Below, in pieces: positions 36,969 to 47,200 of a stretch of 64,000 nucleotides of DNA. This DNA is from an uncultured Nitrospirales bacterium. GTDB lineage: Bacteria > Hydrogenedentota > Hydrogenedentia > Hydrogenedentales > CAILVY01. Within the stretch, counting starts at the first letter, position 1. Each line of letters begins with the position of its first letter. The stretch spans positions 5,599-69,598 of the forward strand of contig CAYYRW010000037.1 in the NCBI GenBank assembly GCA_964474205.1. The letters are read 5' to 3'. A program made the position numbers and the translations under genes. A model generated the notes under the pieces. The model saw only the letters and a program-made list of their open reading frames with translations, did no database searches and was not told where the DNA came from.

Positions 36969-39101
36969 GTGCGGGAACCATACTTTTCGCATTTTGAAAA
37001 CCATAAAAGAAGTGGTGTAGCGTTTCCTGGACAAATAGAAGCAAACAAAGGAAACCGCTTGAAGAACATACCTCAAACGCTACGAGACGCCGTGTCCACC
37101 GCGTCCGCATTGGCTTTTTTTTTCATTCTGCTGGAGATGCTCAAGGCATGCCGTTCCTCCCAGTGGAGCGGAACCTCCTGGCAGGATTATCCGGGGCTGA
37201 TTTCCGGATGGGCACTCTATTTGTTCTTCCTGTTGCTCGTCATTCATGCCGTGCAGCGGCTGCTCCCTATGGGACGGCCCAAATCGATTTCGATCCCCCT
37301 TGGCACGCTCATGGGCGGGATGGCGCTGTGGGTGTTGCTGAGCCTCCATCGTGAAGTCACCCCCACCTTCGACGATGTCCTCGTTGCCGCAGGCGTGTTG
37401 GTTTTCACCGGGGCGCTTTTCCTGTTGCCCGCCACCCGGCGTTTCACGGCGGCGGATGTCTCCCTTCTCGCGGGCGGAGTCATTCTCGCCGGCATTTCAG
37501 CCCTTTTGGCCACGTGCAACTTTTTCCTTTTTGATGAAAACCGGAACGACTACATCACCACCGCGCCCCTGCTCTGGATGCTTCTGGCGGGACTTCCGGG
37601 CATCGGGGTGTGGCTGTACGCACGATCCGCGCGCGTGGTTTATGCCGTGGCCATTATCCTGCTGCCACAGGCGCTCGATGCCACACTCACGGTGGCGCGG
37701 CCTCATCGGCCCGATGCGCAACGGCCCAATCTGGTGTTGATCGTATCCGATGCCTTGCGCGCGGATTCTCTGCGCCTGTATGGCGGAACCGTGCCCGCGC
37801 CCAACCTCGAACGGCTCGGCCGGGAAGGGGTGGTATTTGATAAAGCGTACGCGTTGGCCCCGTGGACGCTTCCCTCGATGACAAGCCTGTTTGCCTCAGC
37901 GTATCCGGCGGGATTGACACCCAACATTGACGGGCGGCACTGGCTCACGCAACTCTGGCAGTATGGTCTTTCGCCAACCCACCCCACGCTGGCGGAATTA
38001 TTGAAAAAGCGGGGGTATGCCACCGGCGCCATAACCTCCAACGCGCTGCTATGGTCCATCCCCGGAATCATGAACGGGTTCGACACCCGCGCGAGCGCGC
38101 ACCCAATCCTCCTGGCACACGAGGGTGTGTTCCGGCATCTGCCTTTCCTTCAGGAACTCCTGGCCGCGTGGTGGCCCGCGCTGGACGGGCTGCGCCCGCA
38201 CAATGCCTGCGAAGACATGGCGCATTATTCGAGAGCGTATCTCGCGCGCACCTGTTCCAAACCATTTTTCCTGTGGACCCATTATATTGATCCGCACGCC
38301 CCGTATGATCCACCGCAGCGATTTCGTGGCAAGGAGAAGGGGCCGTGGCCGTTTTTTTACCCCTATGACGGGGGCGAACGGTGGAATATTCCCAAGCAAG
38401 GGCCGGAATTTTCGATTGACAAAGCAGATCAGGCGTACGTGAAATCCCTGTATGAAGGTGAGATACGGTATGTGGATGAACTGGTGGGCCGGGTCCTGAA
38501 TCAACTTGATGCCTTGGGACTCCGGGCGTCCACCTATATTTGTTTCACGTCGGACCATGGGGAGGAACTTTGGGAACATGGAAATTGGGGACATGGTCAT
38601 AGCGTATTTCAAGAATTGCTCCGGGTGCCCCTGATCATTGCCGGTCCTGGAATCCAACCCCAACGTATTACAGAGCCCGCCACCGCCCTCGATTTGATCC
38701 CCACCCTGGCCGAACTGACGGGTGAACCCCCACTCGCCGAATGGAAAGGAACAAGTTTTGCCGAAGCCCTTCGCGGACAAGCGCCCTATGCGCCCCCGCC
38801 GGCTATCTTTGCCCAAGGCACGAGCAACCGCACCTATCCCAATCCGTTGCGAACCATCATTTCGGGGGATTGGAAACTCATCCAAAAAGCGGGAACCCAG
38901 GAAACGGCCTTGTTCGATCTGCGCAAGGATCCCCACGAGACCACCAATCTCAGCGGGCGTCACCCGGAACGGGTGCAGGAATTGCTGCAACGGCTGGAAA
39001 CATGGCTGGCGTCTTTCCCTTCGACCTTCCCGGCCCCCGCGGAAACCGATGCGCCCGGCCAAGATAAAGTGGAGCAACTCCGGGCCATGGGCTATCTGTA
39101 A
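36969..39101 (+). CDS. membrane-anchored alkaline-phosphatase-superfamily (sulfatase/LtaS/PEtN-transferase-like) protein
   Basis: N-terminal ~230 aa with several TM segments; RPNLVLIVSDALRADSL…TPNLERLGREGVVF…FTSDHGEELWEHGNWGHGHS; start uncertain (36969 vs ATG 37137). Confidence 0.7.
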   Translation: MREPYFSHFENHKRSGVAFPGQIEANKGNRLKNIPQTLRDAVSTASALAFFFILLEMLKACRSSQWSGTSWQDYPGLISGWALYLFFLLLVIHAVQRLLPMGRPKSISIPLGTLMGGMALWVLLSLHREVTPTFDDVLVAAGVLVFTGALFLLPATRRFTAADVSLLAGGVILAGISALLATCNFFLFDENRNDYITTAPLLWMLLAGLPGIGVWLYARSARVVYAVAIILLPQALDATLTVARPHRPDAQRPNLVLIVSDALRADSLRLYGGTVPAPNLERLGREGVVFDKAYALAPWTLPSMTSLFASAYPAGLTPNIDGRHWLTQLWQYGLSPTHPTLAELLKKRGYATGAITSNALLWSIPGIMNGFDTRASAHPILLAHEGVFRHLPFLQELLAAWWPALDGLRPHNACEDMAHYSRAYLARTCSKPFFLWTHYIDPHAPYDPPQRFRGKEKGPWPFFYPYDGGERWNIPKQGPEFSIDKADQAYVKSLYEGEIRYVDELVGRVLNQLDALGLRASTYICFTSDHGEELWEHGNWGHGHSVFQELLRVPLIIAGPGIQPQRITEPATALDLIPTLAELTGEPPLAEWKGTSFAEALRGQAPYAPPPAIFAQGTSNRTYPNPLRTIISGDWKLIQKAGTQETALFDLRKDPHETTNLSGRHPERVQELLQRLETWLASFPSTFPAPAETDAPGQDKVEQLRAMGYL

Positions 39102-39139
39102 ACAGACCGGCCCTCCCTAAAGATTCTTGGGCCTCCTAA

Positions 39140-40573
39140 TCAGGCGGCGCCGCGGGCTTGAAACACGGCGCTGAAGGTTCTCAGCAGAATCACAAAATCC
39201 TGAACGATGGACCATGTGTCGATGTACTGTAGATCGAGGTCAACCCATTCCTGGAATTTCAGATCGCTGCGCCCGCTCACCTGCCAAAGGCCGGTCATGC
39301 CGGGTTTCACGCTTAACCGGCGGCGCTGGTCCCAGGATTGCTTTTCGATTTCATCCTGCGGCAGGGGGCGCGGTCCGACAAGGCTCATTTCCCCCCTCAA
39401 CACATTAATCAATTGCGGCAATTCATCAATGCTGTATTTCCGGATAAACCGGCCCACGCGCGTTACGCGGGGATCGTTCTTGATTTTGAAGACGGGGCCG
39501 TCCGCCTCATTGAACTCCTCGAGTTCCTTGCGCAAGGCCTCCGCGTTGGACACCATCGAGCGGAATTTTATCATGCGGAAGCGCCGTTGATTCAGTCCCA
39601 CGCGGTCCTGGGCGAAAAACACGGGGCCGGGGGAATCCAGCTTGATGCAAAGGCCCACAATACAGAACAAGGGGGCGAACAACACCAACAGTATCAGGGA
39701 GGCAAATACATCGATCATCCGTTTCAGGGCAATTTGGATGCCGCTGTCGGGGGCGGTGGACAACGAAAGCATGGGGATGTTCTCAATGTGGTGCAGGCGG
39801 CTGGTGGCGATGCGCAGCGGGAACAGGTCCGCCACCATGCGCACGGCAATGCCCAGCCCCACGCAATAGTGCGCCATGCTCTGTATCAATTCGTAACAGG
39901 AGCGGACGGGCAGGCAGATGTGCACTTCATCCACGATATTGTTCACCAGGACTTTTTCCAGGTCTTTGAAGCCGCCCAGGTAGGGAACGCGATGCTCGAA
40001 TTCCCGGAGCATTTTCATGCGGCCGATATCATCGTCCAGCAGGCCGATAATGTGATAGCCCATGCGGGGATGGCGCAGGAGCGAACGCATAAGGCGGACG
40101 GTGCGTTCATTCGCCCCCACCACCACGACATACCGGATGTTCAGCCCCCATTGGCGCACGCCCCAGAAACACAGGCACAACAGGGCGCGGTAGGCGGCAA
40201 TACCGGCGATGGAAAACACGCCGAAATAGGTCAGGACCTTCGTGTCCGCAATGAATGGATTCCAATAGAGGGAGACCAGGCCGCTGAAGGCAATGGAAAT
40301 CAAACCGGCTTTGGCCACTCCAGACAACTGGAAGAAAAGATCATCTTTGTGCCCCGCCCGGAACAAATGCATGGAGAGCGCCACCCAAAACCAGGTGATG
40401 AAAAATGCCAGGGTATACACCAAATGCCGCGCAAAATACATTTCCAGGCTCAGGGTGGAAGACGGGTCACGGGTCAACACGGTGGCCAAGGCGGTGGCCA
40501 GCAGAATGCACACGCTGTCCAAGAACAACAGAAGCAGCGCATAGGGGATGGAATGCTCTTTTAGAAAGCTCAC
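39140..40573 (-). CDS. polyprenyl-phosphate sugar phosphotransferase (WcaJ/EpsL-like bacterial sugar transferase)
   Basis: 477 aa; TM N-terminus; C-terminal RVGLNQRRFRMIKFRSM…DELPQLINVLRGEMSLVGPRP. Confidence 0.9.
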   Translation of the reverse strand: MSFLKEHSIPYALLLLFLDSVCILLATALATVLTRDPSSTLSLEMYFARHLVYTLAFFITWFWVALSMHLFRAGHKDDLFFQLSGVAKAGLISIAFSGLVSLYWNPFIADTKVLTYFGVFSIAGIAAYRALLCLCFWGVRQWGLNIRYVVVVGANERTVRLMRSLLRHPRMGYHIIGLLDDDIGRMKMLREFEHRVPYLGGFKDLEKVLVNNIVDEVHICLPVRSCYELIQSMAHYCVGLGIAVRMVADLFPLRIATSRLHHIENIPMLSLSTAPDSGIQIALKRMIDVFASLILLVLFAPLFCIVGLCIKLDSPGPVFFAQDRVGLNQRRFRMIKFRSMVSNAEALRKELEEFNEADGPVFKIKNDPRVTRVGRFIRKYSIDELPQLINVLRGEMSLVGPRPLPQDEIEKQSWDQRRRLSVKPGMTGLWQVSGRSDLKFQEWVDLDLQYIDTWSIVQDFVILLRTFSAVFQARGAA

Positions 40574-40707
40574 GGTTTATTCCCTCTTGCACAACGCCCG
40601 GGACGGCGGAAACAGCACCTTTTCCTGTATCCTCGGCTTTGTCATGGCTTTGTCCCTGCGTAGCACACACCATTTTCCAACAACAACATTCATTTCCTTC
40701 GCATTAT

Positions 40708-41235
40708 TCATGCTGTTGCCGGAGGGGAATTGGGAGAACATCCCGTGAGATACCGTTCACAACGCGGTAATCGCGTCAATAGATATTCATTATCACCAAC
40801 GTGGGAAGCACCCGGTTTCACATCCGGCGCGGAGGGAATCTCGGCACCCCGCCGCGCCAAGGGAACGAACAGGAGAACACCCGGCGCTCCGCATAAGACC
40901 CCTTCCGTCTTCAGTTTCAGCGGTTGTTCCGGAAAGGAATCCGTACGTTCGGTTTGCGCCATTAGCCGTTGAAAATCGAGGACATCCACTCGGCCATCCC
41001 CGTTCACATCCGCCCCCCCTGAATCCATCGAGGCCAGCAACGAAACGGCGACGGCCTGCATATCCAAGACATCCACCCGGCTGTCGTTGTTGATGTCGCC
41101 GGTTCGGCAAACCGACACAGAAGCCCCGTAAAGCGCACTAACGCCAAACACTACGGCCACCATAACGCTTATATACGGTTTGTAAAACACGCAGGCAATT
41201 ACCTCTTGGATAAATTTATACCAAATTATACCCAA
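40708..41235 (-). CDS. small secreted protein with dockerin-type I repeat pair
   Basis: DINNDSRVDVLDMQAVAVSLL and DVNGDGRVDVLDFQRLM Ca-binding loop + helix repeats; N-terminal hydrophobic segment (true start probably internal Met/Val near MVAVVFGVSALYG). Confidence 0.5.
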   Translation of the reverse strand: MGIIWYKFIQEVIACVFYKPYISVMVAVVFGVSALYGASVSVCRTGDINNDSRVDVLDMQAVAVSLLASMDSGGADVNGDGRVDVLDFQRLMAQTERTDSFPEQPLKLKTEGVLCGAPGVLLFVPLARRGAEIPSAPDVKPGASHVGDNEYLLTRLPRCERYLTGCSPNSPPATA

Positions 41236-41433
41236 CAGGTCAATGTTCTTCTTTTCCCGTTACCCCTAAATACTCAGATTATCAGGAATTCTTACCTGGA
41301 ATTCCTCTTTTTACTCAGTATTAGCAGCCACGCAGCGTTGCCATTGACTTATCCGGTGTACGGTTCCTGCATTTTGCGCTAGCGGCTGGACCTGCCTGCG
41401 TAAAAGCATGTACACTATCCGGATAAGGAACCG

Positions 41434-44001
41434 GTGATGAATTTCAAAGAACAATTGTATAACGAGATATTACCGCAGGTGGAACGCCCTTCGCGTTATC
41501 TCGGAAACGAGCTGCATTCGGTGCATAAATCCAAGGAAGAAGCCGCGTTACGGATATGCCTGTTTTTCCCGGATTTGTATGAACTGGGCCTTGGGAACCT
41601 TGGCCTGCACATTCTCTATGCCGTTTTGAACGACCAGGAGGGGGTGTGGGCGGAACGGGGGTATTCCCCCGCCCCCGACATGGAGGCGCTGCTCCGATCC
41701 CGTCAAATTCCCCTGTTCATGTACGAGTCCAAAGACCCGCTCGTGGATGCGGACCTTGTTGGTTTCACGCTTCAATCCGAACTCACCTATACCAATGTGG
41801 TGAATGCGCTCGATCTCGCGGGCATCCCGTTGCGGAGCGCCGCGCGCGGGGAACAACATCCTCTGATTTTCGCGGGAGGCCCCGGCGCGTATAATCCTGA
41901 ACCTTTGGCCCCGTTCATTGATTTTTTTGTCATTGGCGATGGCGAGGACGCCATTCTGGAGATTGTCCAGGCGTTGCGCCCGCTGAAAAACGCCCCGCGC
42001 CAAGCGAAACTGGAAGCGGCGGCCCGGATCGAAGGCGTTTATGCGCCGGCGTTGTATCCGGTGGAACTATTGCCGGATGGGCAGGTGGCGCCGGCGCTGG
42101 ACGGGCCCAAAATCCGCAAGCGGTTGACACGCAACCTGGACACGGCGCGGTATCCAGCAAATTATATTGTGCCGTTCACCCAGTTGATTCATGACGGGGT
42201 GAGCCTGGAAGTATTGCGTGGCTGCACGCATGGATGCCGCTTCTGCCAGGGCGGGGTTATCACGCGCCCGGTCCGGGAGCGGAGCCTCGAAACCATCGAC
42301 GCACTCATGCGGGACGTGATAACAGCCACCGGGCTGGACACCGTTTCGCTGATCTCTCTTTCCACCTGTGATTACTCGCGGGTGCGTACGCTGGTTCGGC
42401 AGGCGGCGCGCCGGGCGCATGCGGAAGGCGTATCGGTTTCCCTGCCCTCCCTGCGGCTGGATTCCTTTGCGGTGGAACTGGCGGACTCCCTCGCGGGCGT
42501 ACGCCGCAGCGGGTTGACCTTCGCCCCGGAGGCCGCCACCGCACGGTTGCGCTCCGTTATTAACAAGTTCATCCCCGACGAAGACCTGATCGACCTTGCC
42601 TGTGAAGCGTACCGGCGGGGCTGGGGGCACATCAAAACCTACTTCATGATCGGCCTGCCCACGGAAACGGACGAAGACGTGGCCGCCATCGCCGATTTAT
42701 GCCTGCGCACCCTGCAGCAAGGACGCAAGATTACCAATCGGGCCATGGTGCACACCGGCGTATCCACGTTTGTACCCAAACCGTTCACCCCCTTCCAATG
42801 GGCGGCGCAGATCGGCCTTGACGAAACGGTGCGCAAGCAGCGCATTTTATCCGATGCCTTTCATAAGAACCGGGGCATCAAATTCGGGCGGCACCTGCCG
42901 GAAAGTTCGTTTGTGGAAGGCCTTATTGCACGGGCGGACCGCCGGTGCGCGGACCTCATCGAGGCGGCATGGCGCCATGGGGCGCGGCTGGATACCTGGG
43001 ATGAGCAACTCAACTTCCCGGCCTGGCAAAAGGCCATCGAAGAAACCGGCTTCGACGTGGCATTCCAATTCCGCGAACGCGCCCTCGACGAACGCCTCCC
43101 CTGGGACCACATCGACGTATTGATTCCCAAGACCTGGTTTCAGGAGGAATGGCGCCGAGCCATGGAACGTGAACATGCCCGCGATTGCCGGTATGGCAAA
43201 TGCAATCTTTGCGGCATCATGCAGCAGGAACCGGAGTTGTGCCGCGCCATGCTCAACCGCCCGGCCATCATTGAACAAGAAGCCACCACCCTGGACCGCA
43301 TTCCTGCGCCCCCACCCACCGTCAAGGACCCGCTCCAACGCATCCGCCTGCGGATCGGGCGTAAAGGCGAGGCCCGTTTCCTGAGCCATCTGGAATTCCA
43401 AAATGCCTGGATTCGCGCCTTCCGCCGCGCGCACCTGCCCGTCGCACAATCCCAGGGGTTCCATGCGCATCCCCGCATCAGTTTATCCACTGCCTCTCCC
43501 GTGGGCGAAGAAAGCGAAGGCGATTACCTCGATGTCCTGCTCGAAGAATTCATCTACCCCGATGAACTGCTGGAGGCGCTGCATAAGGTGCTCCCCCCCG
43601 ATCTCCTGGCACTGGAAGCCACCGATATCCCCCTGCGCGGCCCTTCCCTCATGAGCCTCGTCGATGGGTTTGAATACACGCTCCACACCACTGCGGATGC
43701 AGAAACCCTCCAAACCACCATGGAACATCTTCTTGCCCAGAACACCCTGCCTGTGCAACGCCGCGTGAAAGACGCCAACAGCAAAAAGAATCCTGGCCAC
43801 GAAGACACCGCCCCCTTCGATATTCGCCCCCTGATCGAAAAACTTCGCGTAACCTCAAAAAACGGGCCAGAAGCCATCATTGAGTTCAATACCCGCGTTA
43901 AAGAAGGACGCCACGCCCGCCCCAAGGAAATCATCGCCCTCCTCGGACTCGACCCCACAAAGACCCGCGTCATCAAACGCAACACCCGCTTACTGCCTTG
44001 A
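41434..44001 (+). CDS. B12-binding-domain radical SAM protein fused to DUF2344-like C-terminal domain (TIGR03960/TIGR03936-type)
   Basis: 855 aa; CTHGCRFC (Cx3Cx2C) radical SAM cluster motif after an N-terminal B12-binding-like region. Confidence 0.8.
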   Translation: MMNFKEQLYNEILPQVERPSRYLGNELHSVHKSKEEAALRICLFFPDLYELGLGNLGLHILYAVLNDQEGVWAERGYSPAPDMEALLRSRQIPLFMYESKDPLVDADLVGFTLQSELTYTNVVNALDLAGIPLRSAARGEQHPLIFAGGPGAYNPEPLAPFIDFFVIGDGEDAILEIVQALRPLKNAPRQAKLEAAARIEGVYAPALYPVELLPDGQVAPALDGPKIRKRLTRNLDTARYPANYIVPFTQLIHDGVSLEVLRGCTHGCRFCQGGVITRPVRERSLETIDALMRDVITATGLDTVSLISLSTCDYSRVRTLVRQAARRAHAEGVSVSLPSLRLDSFAVELADSLAGVRRSGLTFAPEAATARLRSVINKFIPDEDLIDLACEAYRRGWGHIKTYFMIGLPTETDEDVAAIADLCLRTLQQGRKITNRAMVHTGVSTFVPKPFTPFQWAAQIGLDETVRKQRILSDAFHKNRGIKFGRHLPESSFVEGLIARADRRCADLIEAAWRHGARLDTWDEQLNFPAWQKAIEETGFDVAFQFRERALDERLPWDHIDVLIPKTWFQEEWRRAMEREHARDCRYGKCNLCGIMQQEPELCRAMLNRPAIIEQEATTLDRIPAPPPTVKDPLQRIRLRIGRKGEARFLSHLEFQNAWIRAFRRAHLPVAQSQGFHAHPRISLSTASPVGEESEGDYLDVLLEEFIYPDELLEALHKVLPPDLLALEATDIPLRGPSLMSLVDGFEYTLHTTADAETLQTTMEHLLAQNTLPVQRRVKDANSKKNPGHEDTAPFDIRPLIEKLRVTSKNGPEAIIEFNTRVKEGRHARPKEIIALLGLDPTKTRVIKRNTRLLP

Positions 44002-44217
44002 TCCCATCCGAAATAAGGACAGACATTTTCGATCCGCGGAGAGACTAATAACATACACGGCCAATCCTTCCTCGCCGGATTGACCGTGCCACCCAGCGGA
44101 TTACGGATTCAATCCCGAAAAACTTTCTGCTTCGCGTGGCACGGTCAAGGCTGCATAGCAGGCTTGGCCGTGAGTTCTTCTGTTAGTTGCCGTCAATAAA
44201 GGATACGAAAATCCCGT

Positions 44218-47200
44218 TTATTCTTTTCTCTTCTTCCGCGACGCCATGATTAGCGCCAAGGCGCCAGACAGGGTAAGCAGCAGATCACCGGGCGCCACAC
44301 CGGCCAGACTGCCCGGGGCGGCTTTATTCCCCGCACACCCGCAATCGTTGTCCGGTTCCCCCTCGCCTTCCCCCTCGCCTTCCACGGTTCCTTCAGCCTG
44401 CCCTTCTTCCTGGCCTTCGACTTCGCCTTCCACCGGCACCCCTTCCTCCTCGCCCTCGATAACCCCTTCGCCTTCTTGTTGGCCTTCATCGTCTCCTTCA
44501 CCCTCGGGCTGGCCTTCGAGTTGGCCCTCTTGTTCGCCTTCCGGCGGTACCCCCAGGGTGTTGAACACTTCATTGGTTTCAATTGCGGCATTTTGATCGA
44601 AAACAATGGACGCGCTGTTTACTATTCGGGCGGCTTCCGGCGCATCGGCCCTCGGCAGAATCGTAAAGGAAACATGGCCTTCGCCACGGTGCGTAGCGTC
44701 ATTGGGCGGCAGCAACCCCGCCAACGCATCCTCCGGCAATTCACCGGTGTCCGGGTCCAGCGTGCGGAATCTCCATTCCACCTTGCCGTTCACCGAATTC
44801 ATGGTCGCGGTAACGTCCACCCACCATGCCTTGGATACGTCCACCCGGTAATCCGCGATCGTTTCCCGCGTGCTCAGCACACCGGCGTCCGCAGGGACCT
44901 CGACCGAATAGCTCCCCCACTGGATATCCGTCAGCCGGAAGGTCGACCAGTCAAGATACTCGCTTAAATAGTCGGTTACGATGACTTCCTGTGCGGGGGC
45001 GGAGGCCGAGGATTTGTTCTCAAAGAAAATGCTGTAGGTGAGCACTTCTCCGCGCGGCACCCAATGCTCCGCCCCCGTGCCCGGCACACCCGTCTTTTCA
45101 TTCGGGTCATCCGGGAACAATATTTCCGGGTCCCCCAGGTATTCCCAAATGGGATCATCGTGGGGTATCAACATGTTCTTTCCCGCCTTTAATAACGGGT
45201 CAGTCGCCCACGGGTTGCGCGGCACCGGCTTATACCAGTCGGCATCCCGGAGCGAGGCCACATAGTCATCGGTAAGCTTGTCGGCAATGACTTTTGTGGT
45301 GCCCAGCACAAACAGCGTGGCGCCCACCGGCGTCGGCGCGCCAATCGTAAAGGCAATCAATCCGCCGCCCCACAATCCCCAATTAACATCCGCGCGCCAA
45401 TCGTCATAAGGGTCGGGCGTCTTTCGCGCATCGTCTTCGGCAAACGCCGCGGCAATGCCCCCGGTAACCGAGGTAAAGTACCCGGCCGCATTATTCGCCA
45501 CACTGCCATCGGGCGCGAAATTGCCTAAATACCCGATAATGTATTCGCCCAGCGCCTGCACATCCGCCGCTTTAAATTTGGACAAACTCTTGGGCGGATG
45601 ATAATCGCCCTGGGTTCCCTGGCCCGGTGTTGGCGTCAGTGTTTGGTTGGTTTGCGTGTCGGTATGGGTCTGGCCGTTGTAGACGGTTCCCGACCCGTCG
45701 GAGGTTGACCCTCCCTGGCCTCCGGCCTGATAGGGGGTGCCCGTCCCTTGTTTGGAGGAAGACAGCACCTGGCCAAAGGGATCATACTGGTACTCCGCAA
45801 TCACCGCACCCGTGGCATCCGTAAGCTGCACCGTGTTTCCGTCCGCGTCAAATGCATAATACTCGGCGGCCCCGCTGCCATTGATGCGGGCCACAAGGCC
45901 ATACCCAATGACGTTTGAGGCCACCAGATTTCCACTGCCATCGAATTCCGCGATGCCCCCGCCCCAGCCTTCCAGCCCCGGCGCAAACCGCTTCGTTTCG
46001 CCATTATGGGTAATGGACGTGCGCTGGCCAAGCGCGTTGTAGGTGTATTCCCAGACATCGCCCGCCGAAGCTTCGACCCGCACGAGCCGGTTGTCATAAT
46101 TGTACTGATAGTCCGTCGTGCCGGAACCATCCGTACGGGAAGCGCGATTCCCATTCGCATCGTAGGTAAAGGTTGCATCGCCCGCCTGCAGACACTGATT
46201 CAGGACGCCCACGCCATACGTTTCCGGCAATGCGCCCCCGGTGCTGCTCAGCCGGTTCCCGGCCGCATCGTATATAAAGCTCTGCGTGTGGCCATCCGGA
46301 TAGGTAACTTCCGTGAGCCGTCCCGCCGCATCATAATCATACAGCCGGGTTCCATCCACGGTATTCATCGAAATCACGCGTTCCGCGGCATCATAGGCAT
46401 AATCAAACCGTGACTGCACTCCCCCCGCCCCGCTGTAATTGACCATACTCATGATATGCCCCACGGCATCATACGCGTACTCCGTATACGTCCCGTTGCC
46501 CCTGGTTTCGCGCGAAAGGCGCCCGTCCGCATCGTATTCATACCCCGCCAGATCCCCCACGCCTTCCTGTACCAGGCGCATCAATCGGCCCTGGGCATCA
46601 TACTGGTAATTCAACACCACGCCATCACTGCCGGAACGCCGGGTTCGTAATCCTGCATCGTTGTATTCATAGGCAAACCACATTCCCCCGGGATAATCGA
46701 TGCGTACCGGGAAGTTTCGAGCATCATACGTGATCGAAATGGTTCCCGAGGCATCCGTAACGCTGGCAAGCTGCCGCGCGGCGGTATAGGTGCAGGTCAC
46801 TTCGCGCCCGTCCGGATATGCCTTGCGCGTCATTTGTCCGTGGCTATTGAACTCAAAATAAAACGTCTCCCCCTTGCGATTGGTGTACCGCGTGAGCTGG
46901 CCATGGTCATCATAGTTGAAATTCTCATACGTGCCATCCGCAAACGTAGCCCGCTGCAGCCGCCGCTGTTCGTTGTATTCAAATTGCAGCGCATTCCCCT
47001 TGGCATCCACGAGCGCCTTGGGCATCCCAATCCCGGACTTCATTTGCAGGGTGGTTTCATTCCCCAAGGGATCGCGGATCACGCTCTCAGCGATATCCTG
47101 CTGGTGCTCCGATACATGCCCCAGCCCGTCCGTGACCCGCGCAAGATGGCCGTCACTCCAGTCATACTCCAACGTTACAACCGGCCCGTCCGGTTTTTGC

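Noticed and set aside
38049-40564. 342-aa minus ORF (38049-39077) and 408-aa plus ORF (39338-40564)
   Set aside because: Antisense to sulfatase-like and sugar transferase genes respectively
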